A stretch of 62,734 nucleotides of DNA, filler included, from Rhabdomonas costata (Eukaryota), in assembly GCA_019059605.1 (NCBI GenBank). It is 28 parts of 28 records of this genome, joined end to end, with 100 filler letters (N's around TTAATTAATTAA, not from the genome) between each part and the next. Parts side by side here need not be neighbours in the genome. Positions count along the whole stretch, not along the records: positions 24,691 to 26,838 come from JAHMHO010005298.1; positions 26,939 to 29,082 come from JAHMHO010005299.1; positions 29,183 to 31,326 come from JAHMHO010005300.1; positions 31,427 to 33,569 come from JAHMHO010005301.1; positions 33,670 to 35,813 come from JAHMHO010005302.1; positions 35,914 to 38,056 come from JAHMHO010005303.1; 22 more parts are not named here. One strand, given 5' to 3'. A model generated the notes under the pieces. The model had not been told where the DNA came from. It did not search any database and saw only the letters and a list, made by a program, of their open reading frames with translations. Both the position numbers and the translations under genes were made by a program. Positions 24,591 through 38,156 of this stretch are shown here, in pieces (the stretch's first letter is position 1; each line of letters starts with the position of its first letter).

Positions 24591-25687
24591 NNNNNNNNNN
24601 NNNNNNNNNNNNNNNNNNNNNNNNNNNNNNNNNNTTAATTAATTAANNNNNNNNNNNNNNNNNNNNNNNNNNNNNNNNNNNNNNNNNNNNGTGTGGGTGG
24701 GTTGTGGGACGGTCGGCTATGTTTTCCCGCATAGAACCCCGCGGCTCTAGCAATTTCCGCTTTCAGCATGATTGGTTCATTCTGCTGCTGAAGAATGTGG
24801 TGGCCGTTGCTTGTGCGCATCGCGGGCGTGCGGTGGGCACCGTTACCCTGTGGTCGCTGATGCTCAATCCGCCTTGTTTTCTGCCGAAACCGGCCTGCAG
24901 GCGGGCAGCCGGGGTGAACGGAAGCCCGACGACGGTCTGGTTGATTCCGATCATCGCCTGATATTGCCCTTGCAGGCGTTGAGGATTTCGAGGGAACGGC
25001 TGGGGAACGGGACGGCCATGCGCCCGACCGCGTGTCTCTGTGCCAGCGTTTGTGGTTGCTTGGTTGAATATCCCGGGGGGAGAATACGCGGCAGAAAAAC
25101 CTGGAAAACCCCGGGCGGGTGTATTATACGTTTGGGGGGCTATTTGGGATTGGTAGCCATGCCCGATGGGCGGGTTTCGATCGATGAACCACCGGAAGTT
25201 TTTGGGCCTTTGCCGTGTGGTCGATGGCCAACTTCGGCCGGCTTGGAAAAGTTTAGCATCAAAGGTCTGCCCGCAGGATGGGCGGGAACAGGCCGATGTT
25301 CAGTCACATAACGGCGTGCTGATTACAAGCCAATTAACCAAAAAAGCCAGAGGGTGCAGCAGTCGCATCGTTGAGGGTGCAAGGGGTGAAGGGAAAATGT
25401 TACAAACAAACCGAACAAAAGAGTCTTCATCCAATCGAGTCCATTGGGCGGCCTGCCCATATATTCGCAGAGACAACGCCGCGACAGATTTAGTAATTCC
25501 TCCAGCATTCCACAACTTCGACCTTACTACATCGGTGACCACTGGAAAAACTTCAGATTGAGAAAACCAACAACAGAAATAACCGCAGTGTTGTGCAGTA
25601 TAGAAAAGCCTCAGCGATAAGGGCCCGACAAAAGTACAGAAAAAGGTTGTGCGTATCCAGTTAGCCATCACCCTAGATACATATATG

Positions 25688-26373
25688 TCACTTGAGCTGT
25701 GAGAGCTTCTTCTTGAGCTCGGCCTTGGCAGCGCCAGTCAGCGTGTCCACAGCTTTGCCATCCGAGATGAAGGCAAAATGCGGAATACTGCTCACTTTAA
25801 ATCGCATGGCGAGGTTCTTGTGCTCATCCACGTTGACCTTGATGGTGAAGCAAAGGGCAAAGAATATTGAGTTTAAATCAACTGATCAACCAAGTCGCGA
25901 CAGCAAAATTCGCAGTTTCGGCTTGAAATGAAGCAATAGTAATTTGCGGAAGAAGAAATGTAGAAAAGGCATGTAAACAAGAAATGAACATTTTAGCTGT
26001 TTTTGGTGGTGATTGCTCTTTCGTCCCACTCAAGCGCGCATGCGAAGCGAGGCCATGAAGCCATGAGGCGAAACACACAACCTGTACACGACAGCAAGTG
26101 TGCAAAGCGTCATGGATTGGTTTCGAAACCATAATTTTATTTGCAACATTCACATTTCGTTCCACTTCGCCCCCGGTACACAGAAGGTCAACGAGGAAAA
26201 GCACAGGATATTATAGGAAAAACATGCATGAGAAATAAACTCAACTTGGAGCCGGGGCAGACATTACCGCAACAGCCGACAAATGATGGCAACTCCAGTT
26301 CTGGCATCACATTCACGCACCTTGACAAAGCGGATGTTGGGGAACTCGCCAGAAAACTGCTTGAATGCGGGTC
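25688..26373 (-). CDS. Thioredoxin, C-terminal two exons (26373-26321, 25837-25688); active-site exon lies outside the contig
   Basis: PAFKQFSGEFPNIRFVK|VNVDEHKNLAMRFKVSSIPHFAFISDGKAVDTLTGA...*; phase-0 GT-AG intron. Absent from the supplied ORF track. Confidence 0.88.
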
Positions 26374-27149
26374 CTGTGCATGGAAAAAGGGACGTTTACA
26401 ATGAAGGAAAAGGAAGTTTTCCTTGGGTAAACTTTTCGAGTGAATTTGTTTTGTTTTTTCGAACATGCACCGAATGCGATCTTTGCGAACTATCAGATCA
26501 ACTGCATTTTCCTGGCGGTGTGAACCCCTGTGTGTTCGAGCACATATTTCGACGATTTTTATTCATAAGAAAAATCAAAGTGAATAAAAGTGATCATGGT
26601 AAAAGTGATCACACAGGCACCACGCACCACAACATGGAAAAGTGAGATAAGACTCACTGTACATGAATAACAGACGCGATGATACAAGCCATCACTGCAC
26701 ATGTTCTTCCGCGCAGCGACCCACCAGGCACACACAGGATTAAAACCAGGGGGAAAAAAACCACCACAGACTCGTGCAGTCATGGTATAAGAGAGAAATA
26801 CAGATCGTGGCAACTCACGAGCAAGCTGATCAACCCCCNNNNNNNNNNNNNNNNNNNNNNNNNNNNNNNNNNNNNNNNNNNNTTAATTAATTAANNNNNN
26901 NNNNNNNNNNNNNNNNNNNNNNNNNNNNNNNNNNNNNNCGCACTCGACAGAGTTGGGCGATGGATCACATGGTGGCGTGAGTTGGAGGAAGATGGCGACA
27001 AAATAAAAGTAACCAGAAAACATGCCTCCAGAAATGAATTGTCTCACTCCCCCGTTTCTTACTGCGGCTCCCCTCTAAATGCCCTCAACAGAGTTGGGCG
27101 ATAGAGCACTTGAAGGGATCAGGTGGAGGAAGGAGGTATCCCGCATTAC

Positions 27150-29082
27150 CTTAGCCCGGGAGGCAGCACGAGCTGGCAGCGGTGCCTGCGAAGCAGCAGC
27201 ACTCGCCGCAGACGCGCCGCAAGCCGCAAGGTTGCTCCCCACGTCCGCGGCCTCCTCCAGCGAGGCAAGGGCGGCGTCTCTCTCCCCTGCCACACCCAGT
27301 GGTAGTGACTGACTGCCAGAAATGATCAGTTAGTTCAGCAGAAATTGCCACCCACCTGGACCACACTATTGAAGACGCCAAGTTTTAACGTTATTTGCAC
27401 CCCCGATCTCCCTCTAACCCCTCATGTCATATAAGAGTTGCCTTGGCTTTAGGAAGAGGCGACCGGCAGCTTGCTGAAAACAGGGGAAGCGATGCGATTT
27501 GGAACAATCGAAGCAACCAAGAAATCGTGATGAAGGGATGAGGACGGGCATGGAGGGAGGTAGTGCGAGGAAAAGCAGAAAAGCAAGAAGCAGAAGCTTT
27601 ATGTCTCAGCGCTGCTTTGAAAGGGACAGCCGCACACCTCGGGCATACTGCCCGGTGGCAAGCCCGACGCTGCCAGCCCACTTTAGCGGAGACTCGTTAC
27701 TGGAGGCGTTGATCTCATACATCCTAGGAGATGCGTGAGGATAGTCGGATAGTCGGAAGCACAATTCAGCTTGTTACTCATACCAAGATATCCATTAGTT
27801 GACTCAACCGAGTTGAGGATTGCAGATGCTTGAGGGAACCCTCAAACCGCTCAGCTATCTAACTCACACATGGTTCGTTGTCTTGCTCAAACGTCAACAA
27901 TTGTCCTCACCACAGACTGCTCGATGTGCCCCTCTTCACTTTCCCACTGCAGCGCTTCTCCGACCACTCATCTGTGTGCCATTCTTGTTTGTTGTCTGTT
28001 TTGTGCCGAACGCCAGCCGTCGCACAGCTATATGTGCCTGTGCCGCGGCTTTTCTTAAATGAGCTACACAGAAATGCCAAGCCGATCAGCTGTCCACATC
28101 TGCAAAACTGCTTACCGCCCATATGCAGCTTCTCACACCGAGTACCCTGTTGAAACAAGGTAATTATATTTAGGAGGGGGGGGGGAGTGACGCAGTCCCA
28201 GCATTGACTTGTGAGGCGAAAAGGGGAAAAGGTTTACCATTCACCAGAATCTTTTCCCTTTTACCACTTTGCCTCACTTGAAATGAGAGGCCTCAAAGAA
28301 AAGAAAAAAGCTCCTACCCCTCGACTCTCACCACAGCCTTTCCTTGAGCATCGCCGTACAAAAGCGAAACAATGCAGAAAAACAATTGACATACACGCCA
28401 AAACACACCATTCGTCGGAAGCGCCCCCGCCCTTCTCTGCGACCAAGTAGTAGGTACCCCACCAGATACCCCATCATCAGGGCTCCACCTGGGCAACACT
28501 CGCTTGTCGCACGCAGAGGGAGCCCAAGAGCCTTCGCGTGCTTCACCATAAAGAAGGCCAGGTTGACCTTGTAGGCGAAGAGAAACACAACATCAGGGGA
28601 CAGGGTATGCAGTTCCCGATGGCCAGCAACCAACGGCGAATGGGAAAAGCTTCAACAACACAGCTATTTAGAGCTACATAAAGCTAAAAGAGAGAAAGAG
28701 AGAGATAGGCTAGGGGGAAAACAAGAGCTGCTTTGCCGCGCCGCTCGCACTGACCCGTACCAATGGTCCGCAAGACCAGACGCCAATGCAACGGGGCATG
28801 CTTTGGGGGAGAATACAAGGGACAACCCAAGGATCCTCGCACTCCTCAATTCAGCGAGAAAGCGAGACCTAATCAGCGAAGGATGTCCGGCCAGAGAAGC
28901 GTTTGATACACAACGGAAACGCAGCAATATCGCCTCTCCCACAATGCATAATGCATAATGATAGGCAACAGTGATCCGTTGCGGATGGAATATAGGACCA
29001 GCACACACCGAGCTGCCGAAGACTTGGAAGCTCCTCAGCTGGTCCGTGCCCACATTGCCGCAAGTTGCCCTCCCCCACACCC
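27150..29082 (-). CDS. Degenerate class III nucleotidyl-cyclase-like protein, partial; clear exons 29082-29009 and 28567-~28489, further probable exons to 27150
   Basis: GRATCGNVGTDQLRSFQVFGSS|VNLAFFMVKHAKALGLPL matches the GxxxxGxxG...FGxxVNxA cyclase motif. A DEW|MYEI junction can be built downstream, but the middle exons are ambiguous. Confidence 0.7.
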
Positions 29083-31591
29083 NNNNNNNNNNNNNNNNNN
29101 NNNNNNNNNNNNNNNNNNNNNNNNNNTTAATTAATTAANNNNNNNNNNNNNNNNNNNNNNNNNNNNNNNNNNNNNNNNNNNNGAAGGGGGTTGGCTGCCT
29201 CTCCATCGCCTGTCTTGTTTTTTGCTCTGCTCTTTCAGCGCTCTTTATATGGAAATGTGAAATGTGTTGTCGAACGATGGGAACACATTTCGATAGTTGG
29301 GTGAAAGCACATGGCTTTCTCCTGTTTGTATTTAACACCCCACCACCAGCCTCCATCTTTGGCACTTTTTTTGAACTTGGAACTTTGACTTGTTTTTATC
29401 TGAAACGGTTGTAGTCCCACTCCTGTACTTCCTGGAGAGACTTTTTTGGTGTATCTCTACATGGCGGCTGACGCAGGAGTGATACCGCAGGAATTTAATT
29501 GCAATTCCGAGCCCTTTTCAGAATATTCCTTGAATAGAACCCTCATTTTGTGTTGGGAAGTGCATCCTTTGGGTCTCCGTCGAGGAGCTTAAAGGCACAA
29601 GTCCTTTGATAAGAAATTTCTTTTTTGAGCCGCCTTGGGATTGGGTGTTCAGGAGCGAGGGAAACGAAAAATTGGGATTAGACGCTTTGGTTGGCTTCCG
29701 ACACAACAGGGATACATTCACTACGCTTGCGGCGAGTGTGGAGAGCGGTGGAGGGTGATGACTGCGAAGCATCGGCTCGCGCTGCAGCGATCTTTGGACC
29801 TTCTTTGAAGCGAGTCACGAAGCCGAACCGCTCTGTGAGGACGAGGCTGCTGTCTCAGAATGGGCACTCTTTAACTTCCCCACACCCTCAAACCTTATGT
29901 TGTGCTTGGTGAGCACCAGGGCCGTCTGCTAAGTGCGCTTTTTCCTGTTTGTAATTGAAGCGAGTCTCCTCTCCACGGGCGGTGCTTGGTGCAGTACCGC
30001 TTTTGCTGATCTTTCACTTCGCCCCCATCTATTGCTCTCCCTCCGACAGCACACCTCTGACCCATCCATACCCGATATGCAGGTTTTGTTTCAGGAGTGT
30101 TTTTACTCTTTTATCGCTTATTATCAAACCTCATGCATCTCACAATCACAAACTCGCCCTTATCTCGGTTCCTTTCCACCACTCTCCGTTTCATGTCTCG
30201 GCCACCCGCTCCTCTTTTCATCCGTTCTGTTCTGTGATACCCCACAGCGTGTCGCGCTGCTTCTGCCTTGGTTCTCGCCGAATTGTCACCTTTTTAAGGT
30301 TTCCGACGATCGCTGACTTCTCTCTGCGCGGTTTTTTGTGAGCCTTTTGAAAGTCAGTGCTTTGGTTCGGTTTTCTTGGGAAAGGGACACAGGGGTCTGC
30401 TCAATCACCTGGTTATCGATGTCCTCTTTTGTATTGCTTCACCGTCACGTTGAAGTTTTTGTTGCGGATTTTTCATAGTTTCCTGTCACTGCATCGCTTC
30501 TCTGCGTATGTTTGCCACGCAATCTTGTTTGCTCTGTACTCCTTGTCTCCCTCACTCCCCCACGAGTTGACTTTCTTTCTGCACCTGTGTCCTGACAAAC
30601 TTCATACCAGTTTCACCATGGTGGACACTGGATACCGGGTTTTCTACGGTTTTGTACGGGTGTGCCGGTCGGGTTGAAGGCAGGAACTGTTTTGACTCGG
30701 TTCATGTCTTCGAATGGTTTTCAGCAGCCGGGCGACCGGCTAATCTGAACGTGTACTCCCCTTTGTGGGGCCCGGTGTCCCGGTTGTCCTTTATCGTTGC
30801 ACTTTTTCATTATGGCAGACAGTGGTGCGCATGAACCCTTGTCCTCCCATTGGAGTGAATGGAGAGTCACTCTTCTTCTTCTTCTTGAGTTGCTCCTCGT
30901 AGAAGTCTGTAGTGCTGTTTTGAGTATTTCTTGTTTCCCGCCACTCGCTGGACTGCAAACGCCGCCTTTTCAGCGTAACATGTGCTTTTTGTCGCAAATC
31001 CATGAAGAGAAATAGGGTGTCTTTGGGTTTAGTGTGTCGTTTTTTCTGCATTCATAGTGAATCGTCCTCTTTTGGGACCATCAAACCACTTTCTCTGCTT
31101 CTTATGCACGTCATCAAGAACAAGATTGTGAGACTTCCCTATCGCGAGGACGGCAGGCATCAGCTGCTCCAGTCTGAAAGGCTGTTTAAGATGCTTTTGA
31201 AGGAATGTCGCGGCTTGGTTTCTTCCTAATTTCTAATTCCTAATTCCTTCTGCAGCGTTTTCTGCTTCCGCTGCTTCCTGCCGGTGTTCTTTTGCTTTCG
31301 TGACTCGTCCCCGCACCCCCCAAACCNNNNNNNNNNNNNNNNNNNNNNNNNNNNNNNNNNNNNNNNNNNNTTAATTAATTAANNNNNNNNNNNNNNNNNN
31401 NNNNNNNNNNNNNNNNNNNNNNNNNNGGTTGGTTGGCAATTACCTTGACCAAATTTGATTTTGTAAGAGATATTTCCTTCCATCCCCGTCAACCTGTGCC
31501 CGTGCAGTTTTTCGGTCCCCTTACCCACTTGTTTTCTGCTTGTTTGTCGCGGCGCTTTTTCCCCGGTGGGGCTGTCCTCTTTCAAGAGGCG

Positions 31592-33569
31592 ATGGCTTTA
31601 CCGCTGTGTTTTGTCCTCCTTCTCCCAAGTTCCCTCCTCCCTTTCACTGGCGCTCTTCCCGGGCTGCCCGGGGGTGGTACCAGCCTGGCCTTCACAAACG
31701 ACGTCTCGGCTGCGGTGATCCCAGGCTTCACGTACCTCTCTGGGGCTGTGAACTACTCCATGGAGGCCTGGGTGTACTCCATGTCCGCCGTACCGCAGCC
31801 CTCTGTTCTGACGTTTGCGACGGCAAATGACATAGAGTACTGGAGCTTTGTGATGGGGGACCTCGCGTTCTTCTCGCTTTGTGGAAACAATGACGTGTTT
31901 GCATTTGAGCAGCCTGGGTTTGTGGGATGGCGGCATGTTGCGATGACTGTCGCTGAAGACGGCGACGTGCGCAGGTGAGCCTGCCTCCAGAGATGCGCGT
32001 TGGTCCAGACTCGGGCTCGGGTTTATACCTTTTCCGATGTTTTGCGCTCTGTTCGACGTTTTTTGCAAGCTTACTGGTGACATGCTGGAATGGTCCGCGT
32101 TTGCAGGTCGGCAAAAGAGCATTTTTGAGACCCGGCTCCTTTCAGCAGCATTTGCGCCTCCCCTCCCCCAAAGGCTGTCTAACATGTTGCATTTCCAACA
32201 AATAAAAGCCCCTATGCTCTTGGGGCACATCTTGGAAAGAATGCCCGTGGGATGTGCATTTCCACCTAACCCCCTGAGGAAGCAAGGTGTTTTCGACAGC
32301 TAGAGAATTATTTTTCTTGGTGCTGTGCTCATTCATTGAAGGTTGCCCATAGAGTTGATAGAGCGCACCGCCATTCGCCATTTTGTTGCAAACAGCTACG
32401 TCAATGGAGTGAAGGTTGCGCAATACGCATGGAGATGCCCGCCATTTCCAAGCTCAGCGTTCTTTGTCGTTGCGAAGTATGCGACGAACTGGGACAGCGC
32501 CACTTTGAAGAGCGACACCAGTCTGAGCACGCTCGGGTGAATCCCCCTTCATTTTGTGCTTTTCTCCCGACTCATTTTTTCCGTACTTTCATAGGAACTT
32601 TTCTGTTTGTAAGTAAAGGAGCTTGCCCGTTTGTTTTTTCTTTCGATTTTTCGATTTTCGATTGGAGCATACACCCCAACCCTTGGAGGAGCAGGCGCAG
32701 CCTTTTCGCCTGTCCGTGGTGCTTTTGAGCAGGCTAAAGATGCATTTGCACCCCCAGTAAGTCACCGAGTTGCCAACAAACATTACGGAAAAAACATGAG
32801 GAATTTTCCTCTCTTGAGGACATTACACTTTATATTCGGTGTCATTTTATCGAATCTGTCTCCTTCTGCGTCTTCGGTTTTGTTAGTCCTGTGGTTGGAT
32901 CCAACTTAATTTAAACCACCGCGGCGATGGAGGGATGGTTATGTAACCCGCGAGGTTTTGCTCGTTAAGTCTCGGATTTCTATGTGCTTTTTTTTCCTTT
33001 GCAGTTTTGTGGATGAGGTGAGAATCTGGAATGCCACGTTGTCAGGAGACGCCGTACGGGCCAATATGCACCGCCGGTGTGTGCCACCCTATGGAACGCC
33101 CCAACCCAGCCGGCTGCTGGGGCCGCGCCGCGGACTGCCTCCAGCCCTAAAAAAATTCTTGTCCCATGTCTCTGGGCTTTACGTTTCGCAGAAGCCTAGT
33201 AGTGCATACGCCCGCTCACCCTATTGCTGTTGCCCTCCCCCCCTTCCTCAGCCTTGAGGAAGATGGACCACCCAGGACGATGCAATGCAACATTCGATCC
33301 GCTGAGTTCTCGTTCTCGTTGATTTCTGCTTGTTGTCCTAACACTCTCTGCGGATTTATTAGTGCATCTGTGCATATTATATTTTCTGCACTTGCAGAGT
33401 CCCCGAGCGCACCCCCAACCTGGTAGTGCAGTGGCACTTCGATGACCTCACGGACAGCCCCGATGGCCTGCTGGCTCTCTCCGCGCAAAACATATCGCTG
33501 TCCTTGGTGGACAGCACCTACCTGCAGACTGCGCCCTGTGGAGAGACTCCGGTCCTTCCCACAACACCC
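31592..33569 (+). CDS. Secreted/surface protein with LamG/pentraxin-like (concanavalin fold) domain; exons 31592-31974, 32396-32536, 33005-33076, 33398-end
   Basis: Signal-peptide-like start MALPLCFVLLLP; YSMEAWVY, WRHVAMTV, YVNGVKV, GFVDEVRIWN, LVVQWHFDD; phase-consistent GT-AG introns. Confidence 0.88.
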
Positions 33570-33879
33570 NNNNNNNNNNNNNNNNNNNNNNNNNNNNNNN
33601 NNNNNNNNNNNNNTTAATTAATTAANNNNNNNNNNNNNNNNNNNNNNNNNNNNNNNNNNNNNNNNNNNNGTTTGTTGGTCCCGCCCGAGCACCTCCCGAG
33701 TTTTTTCAACCGTCCATGTGCTGTGGAGAATCTTCTGAAGGAGAAGGGGTCTTTGATGGTCTTCCTTGTCTCAGGCGATAGGTGCTGGTTGCCGAGCTGG
33801 GGGTTGGTTCATTTTTCTCTGGGTCGGTTGTGTACATAATGAGGTGGGAAAGGGAGCTGTCCTTCTGCGCCCTCTGCAG

Positions 33880-34754
33880 GACTCCCACCTGGTGGACTTC
33901 TTTCGGGGTCGGATCTTCCGCCAGGCTCAGTGGTTCCAGCGCAAGGCGCAAGTCCAGGAGCGCAAGGAGCGCCTGGGCTCACACCTCCCCAACCAGCGGC
34001 AGAAGGCGCCCGTGGAAGGTATTTCGGAGGGTTGAAGAAGGGTTGCATATATTTGTGGGTGGGTATGAGTCCCGGGGTACCTCGATATAGAAGATGAGTG
34101 AGCTAGATATTTGGTCATTTGACTTGATCAATCCAAAGAAGTACTCCCGTTGTCATCAGTCAAAAGAGCGATGTCTTGATAGGACCCATGTTACCTCAAA
34201 GGTAAGAGGTGACAGAAGTTCACCAGCGCGACCGATATGCACTGGAACCCACTCTTTTCCCCCACCCGTTTTAGCCGCAAACGCCTGATTTTGAAACCTG
34301 TTACTTGTTGAGGTGACGGGGACAATATTTTCTTCACAAACTTTACAACAATTCACAACTTCACAAAAGTGTGCACGTGCAGAAGCTGAAACGGATAATT
34401 CGCTTGCTTATCAGGTGTGCTTGGTTTTCTATCTGGTCTTTAATTACCGTCTACTGTCACCTCTTACCTTTTGAGATGACACGAGACATGATACTGCACG
34501 TCGTTGTCAGCATTATGTCAGTTCTTTATTACCCTCATAAAAAGAGAGTGGTTGATCTGCTTCAGTCTTTGCTTCCATGAAGGCAGACAACTGCTGCTCC
34601 AACGTCCATCTTCCCTCTGTTTGTCGTTCCAGGTGAATGGCTTCAGGTCTGCCGACAGGAGGAGGGTGCACCGGTGGGGGTGAAGGAGATTATCCACGGT
34701 GGATCCCCGGAGTGCAAGGCGCGGCCGCCAGGCCCTACGGTTTCTGAGATGAAG
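33880..34754 (+). CDS. Hypothetical protein, two internal exons (33880-34018, 34633-34754)
   Basis: CTGCAG and TTCCAG acceptors, GT donors, phase-1 junction joining ...KAPVE-G-EWLQVCR...; family not recognised. Confidence 0.55.
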
Positions 34755-36375
34755 GTGCATTTGAGACACACACACACGCGCGCGCATACACACACACACA
34801 CACGCACACGCAGACTCGTTTACAGACCGGATACCGTCCACTCCAGCACCTCCGCCTGTATGTATGGACCCGCCGAGGGTACCTTCTCACCACCTCACCA
34901 CCTCACCACCTCTGTGACCTCCTCGGGTCTGCAGCCCCCTAGCTCGCGCGCAATTGATGCCTAGGTTGGTTCGATATGTTCTGGTACTTCTGCCGCGGCT
35001 GAATTGCGCTTGCTCCGCTCTGGTGTCCTAACAACACCTTAGCGAAAGGCACTCAGAATATACATAGCCCAGCGCTTCCCCGTTTCCCCTTCCTCGCTAC
35101 TGTCCTCTGTTTGTTTCTTTGTTGGTGTGTGTGTTTGTGAGTATGCTTGTTGAGCGCAGAGCGTCTGTGGGAGAGCGATAGACCTTTCTCAGTCATCATC
35201 TCACCAAGTCTTAGGTCTCGCGACTGCTCGAGACTCAGTCATCTCCAGGCAGCTTATTTCCCCATCCAGGCACCTGCTGGCCCCCATGTTTCATAGAGGA
35301 ACACCTGGTTGGGGTGGGGGCAGAGTTGCCATCACCCAACGCCTAATCGAGACCAGCGTGTTAGACCGTGATATAGATTCGAGCCTTCGAGCCGACTTAT
35401 CCTTACCAGTGTTCTCCCTTCACACCCAGCTCAGTGTGTGAGAGTGCAATATGTGCTGGCTGAGGTCTCGCTATTCTGGTGATCCTATTTCCTGTGCACT
35501 CGTGAGCTGGGTATGCACCTGGAGTCGGCTGATGTAGCGCCAACGCTCGTTGATTTTTCAGCCACAGCTGCCTCAGGATACCGGATCACTGCCGCTGTAC
35601 CTTCGTCGAGTATCTTTAGCTTGCTGTGGGTCCCTGAATCCCGGTTGGTATGCTGGGCTTGCTGTGGCATGACATTGGTAATCCACGGGCAATCATGGCT
35701 GTTGCCACTGGTGTCGCGGTTGCGGCGCCTGCTCACCTTGACATCTTCACTTTGACATGATGTCCACCACCACAAGTTCAGATGTCGGTAACGCCCTACA
35801 TCCAACACACACCNNNNNNNNNNNNNNNNNNNNNNNNNNNNNNNNNNNNNNNNNNNNTTAATTAATTAANNNNNNNNNNNNNNNNNNNNNNNNNNNNNNN
35901 NNNNNNNNNNNNNTTGTGTGGGTCAGCTTCCGGCTGGGATGAGGATGACGATGAGGAGGAGGAGGAGTGAGCACATCCAGAAGCTGACACACACTATGCA
36001 CACACACTTGCCCTCACAAGGACCCACATGGTGTCCGACCGTGTCGCTGGAAGCTTCGCGCCGAAGTACCTATTCTGCCTTTTCAACCTGACCGTGCCTG
36101 TGCTCTCGTGCCCGTGCTCTTTTGGAAGCCCTTTCGAGGTAACCTTCTTCAGGTTTCTTCCGAGCTGGCAGTTTCTATCGAAGCTCTCAGACGCGTGGCG
36201 TTCGGCCCTCCATGATTAAAACGATGTCCCTTGAACGCAAGCGAAAGAAAGTACGCGGCGACGCTCCCGCACGCCCTGCGTTAACTGGTGAGGGCCTGGG
36301 CCTGGCTGATTGCTGCTCCTCGACACTCGTTTCATTTTTGGCTGATGTCCAGTGCGTGGTCTCGTTGACGTGCAC

Positions 36376-36627
36376 CTGGTATTTTCCACGATACGACTTG
36401 AAAAAATCATGCACCATGAACTCTTTATCGAGGGGCGCATTATCACTACCCACCACCCTGCGGTGGATCAACCGGTGATCATAAAAATAGTAAACAAGTT
36501 GAAAATGGCTTGGCCCCTCTACCTGCAGCTGTTGCCCCCTTCCCGGGACAGAAATTCCATGGTCACCGTTTGTCCCCCGTCCGTGGAACACAAAAATATG
36601 GAGCAAAAGCGCATAAAGCACAAGGAA
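36376..36627 (-). CDS. Possible spliced exons of a hypothetical protein (...CSTDGGQTVTMEF...NSCR|VVGSDNAPLDKEFMVHDFFKSYRGKYQ)
   Basis: Phase-consistent CAG|GT (36522) to CAG|G (36457) junction and a CAG|GT donor at 36375; family not confidently recognised. Confidence 0.35.
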
Positions 36628-38156
36628 CTGGGGCGGGCGTTAAAGTTGAGGAAAAAATACACTATGCACGGCGGTGCGCAAAGCCGGCCTACGAAGGAAG
36701 AAATGAAAAGCATACAATCAACAGCATCAGCAAAATATTCGCAGTAATTCGGTCGGCCACTTCATCTCCCAAATTCCAGTGTTCAATTGACCCCAAACTT
36801 TGCCTTTTATAGACACCAATATCCCCCGATTTGGGAAAAAAGAATACCGGGTAGGATCGGGGGCCAAAACGCCGGAAAAGAGGGAAATCCCCTTTCAATT
36901 AAACCCAAAGGGATGCCCGAATTGCATGCGTAAGATTCCATAAGGGATGTGGGTTAGGAAAACCGGAAGAAAATGGATTCCACCTTTCGACGCAAGGTGA
37001 TTGAGCGTTGGCCTAATTATCAGGATTGCAAGAGTCTGGTCTACGGGTTTGTGTCTTGGGTCGGAAAAACGAACGGGAAGTTTTCCCGCTACGGCCACGA
37101 ATGTGCTGGACCATCATTTCCGAGCTTTCTAGGCACCATGGGGCAACTAAATCGGAATGGATCGAAGAGCTTTGTGGGCGATGATGCGGGCTATTGGCCG
37201 CTGTTGGCGTAGGGTCTTTGGTTCCAAATCAAGTTAGATTTAGATCTTGTTAATTGGAAGCATCCGCGCGATCATTCTGGAGGGAAAGGCCGGCGCGCTC
37301 GCGAAAATGAAGGCTGTCTCGGGATGGAATTGGCCGGCTGATGGAGAGCTACCGGGGGCACTTTCTCGAGCAAGGGTCAGGGCTCGACACCAGGACGGGG
37401 GACGGCAACGGCAACGGCATGGGACACGTCACGTTGGAGCCCGCGGCTCCCTGCGACGCCGTTTCGGTCCTCAGGTCTTCCCCGCCTATACTGTTTTATC
37501 GTTTGATGCGCGGCAACCCGCGGAAGGGCGTGGAAGTGGGCGCAGCCCTTCCGCGGTGGTTTTTGGTCGCCTACGTTTGTCACTGCTGCCGCTTTGTGTT
37601 TGTGCGTTCCTTTCTCCGGTGCCAGCGGACTCACACCTGAGTTTCCCCTTCCCTGCGACCGGCGGATGGATCGTGGGAACGGCCTCCAGAATACCCCAAA
37701 CACCACAATCCACGCCCGAGTCCGGCTCAGCATAAAGCAGTAAGGCCTGCAGGGCAGTCGCCCTGGTAAAAGAGCCCAAAGGACCCACGACGCCCCAAGC
37801 CAGCTGAGCAAGCACATTCTGGAGCAGAGGAGCAGACGTTTGGTTTGAGTGACTGGGACACAGGAGCAGACATTGTCATTGAATGCAACTACGGTTGTCC
37901 ATTTACCAGATGGAAGATTATTCCGTCCTTCTGTTTCAAACTTTTGGGTAACGTAAATAAGCGCGTACGAAACTGCACATATAATCCTTGTCTTCGAAAA
38001 GTATAGTTGTATCTCCAAACACGTGTAGTTCACAGCTCACTTCCAGAGAAAAACCCNNNNNNNNNNNNNNNNNNNNNNNNNNNNNNNNNNNNNNNNNNNN
38101 TTAATTAATTAANNNNNNNNNNNNNNNNNNNNNNNNNNNNNNNNNNNNNNNNNNNN

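Noticed and set aside
29183-31326. Possible short exons (~30611-30659, ~31059-31229)
   Set aside because: No recognisable protein and no phase-consistent chain could be established.
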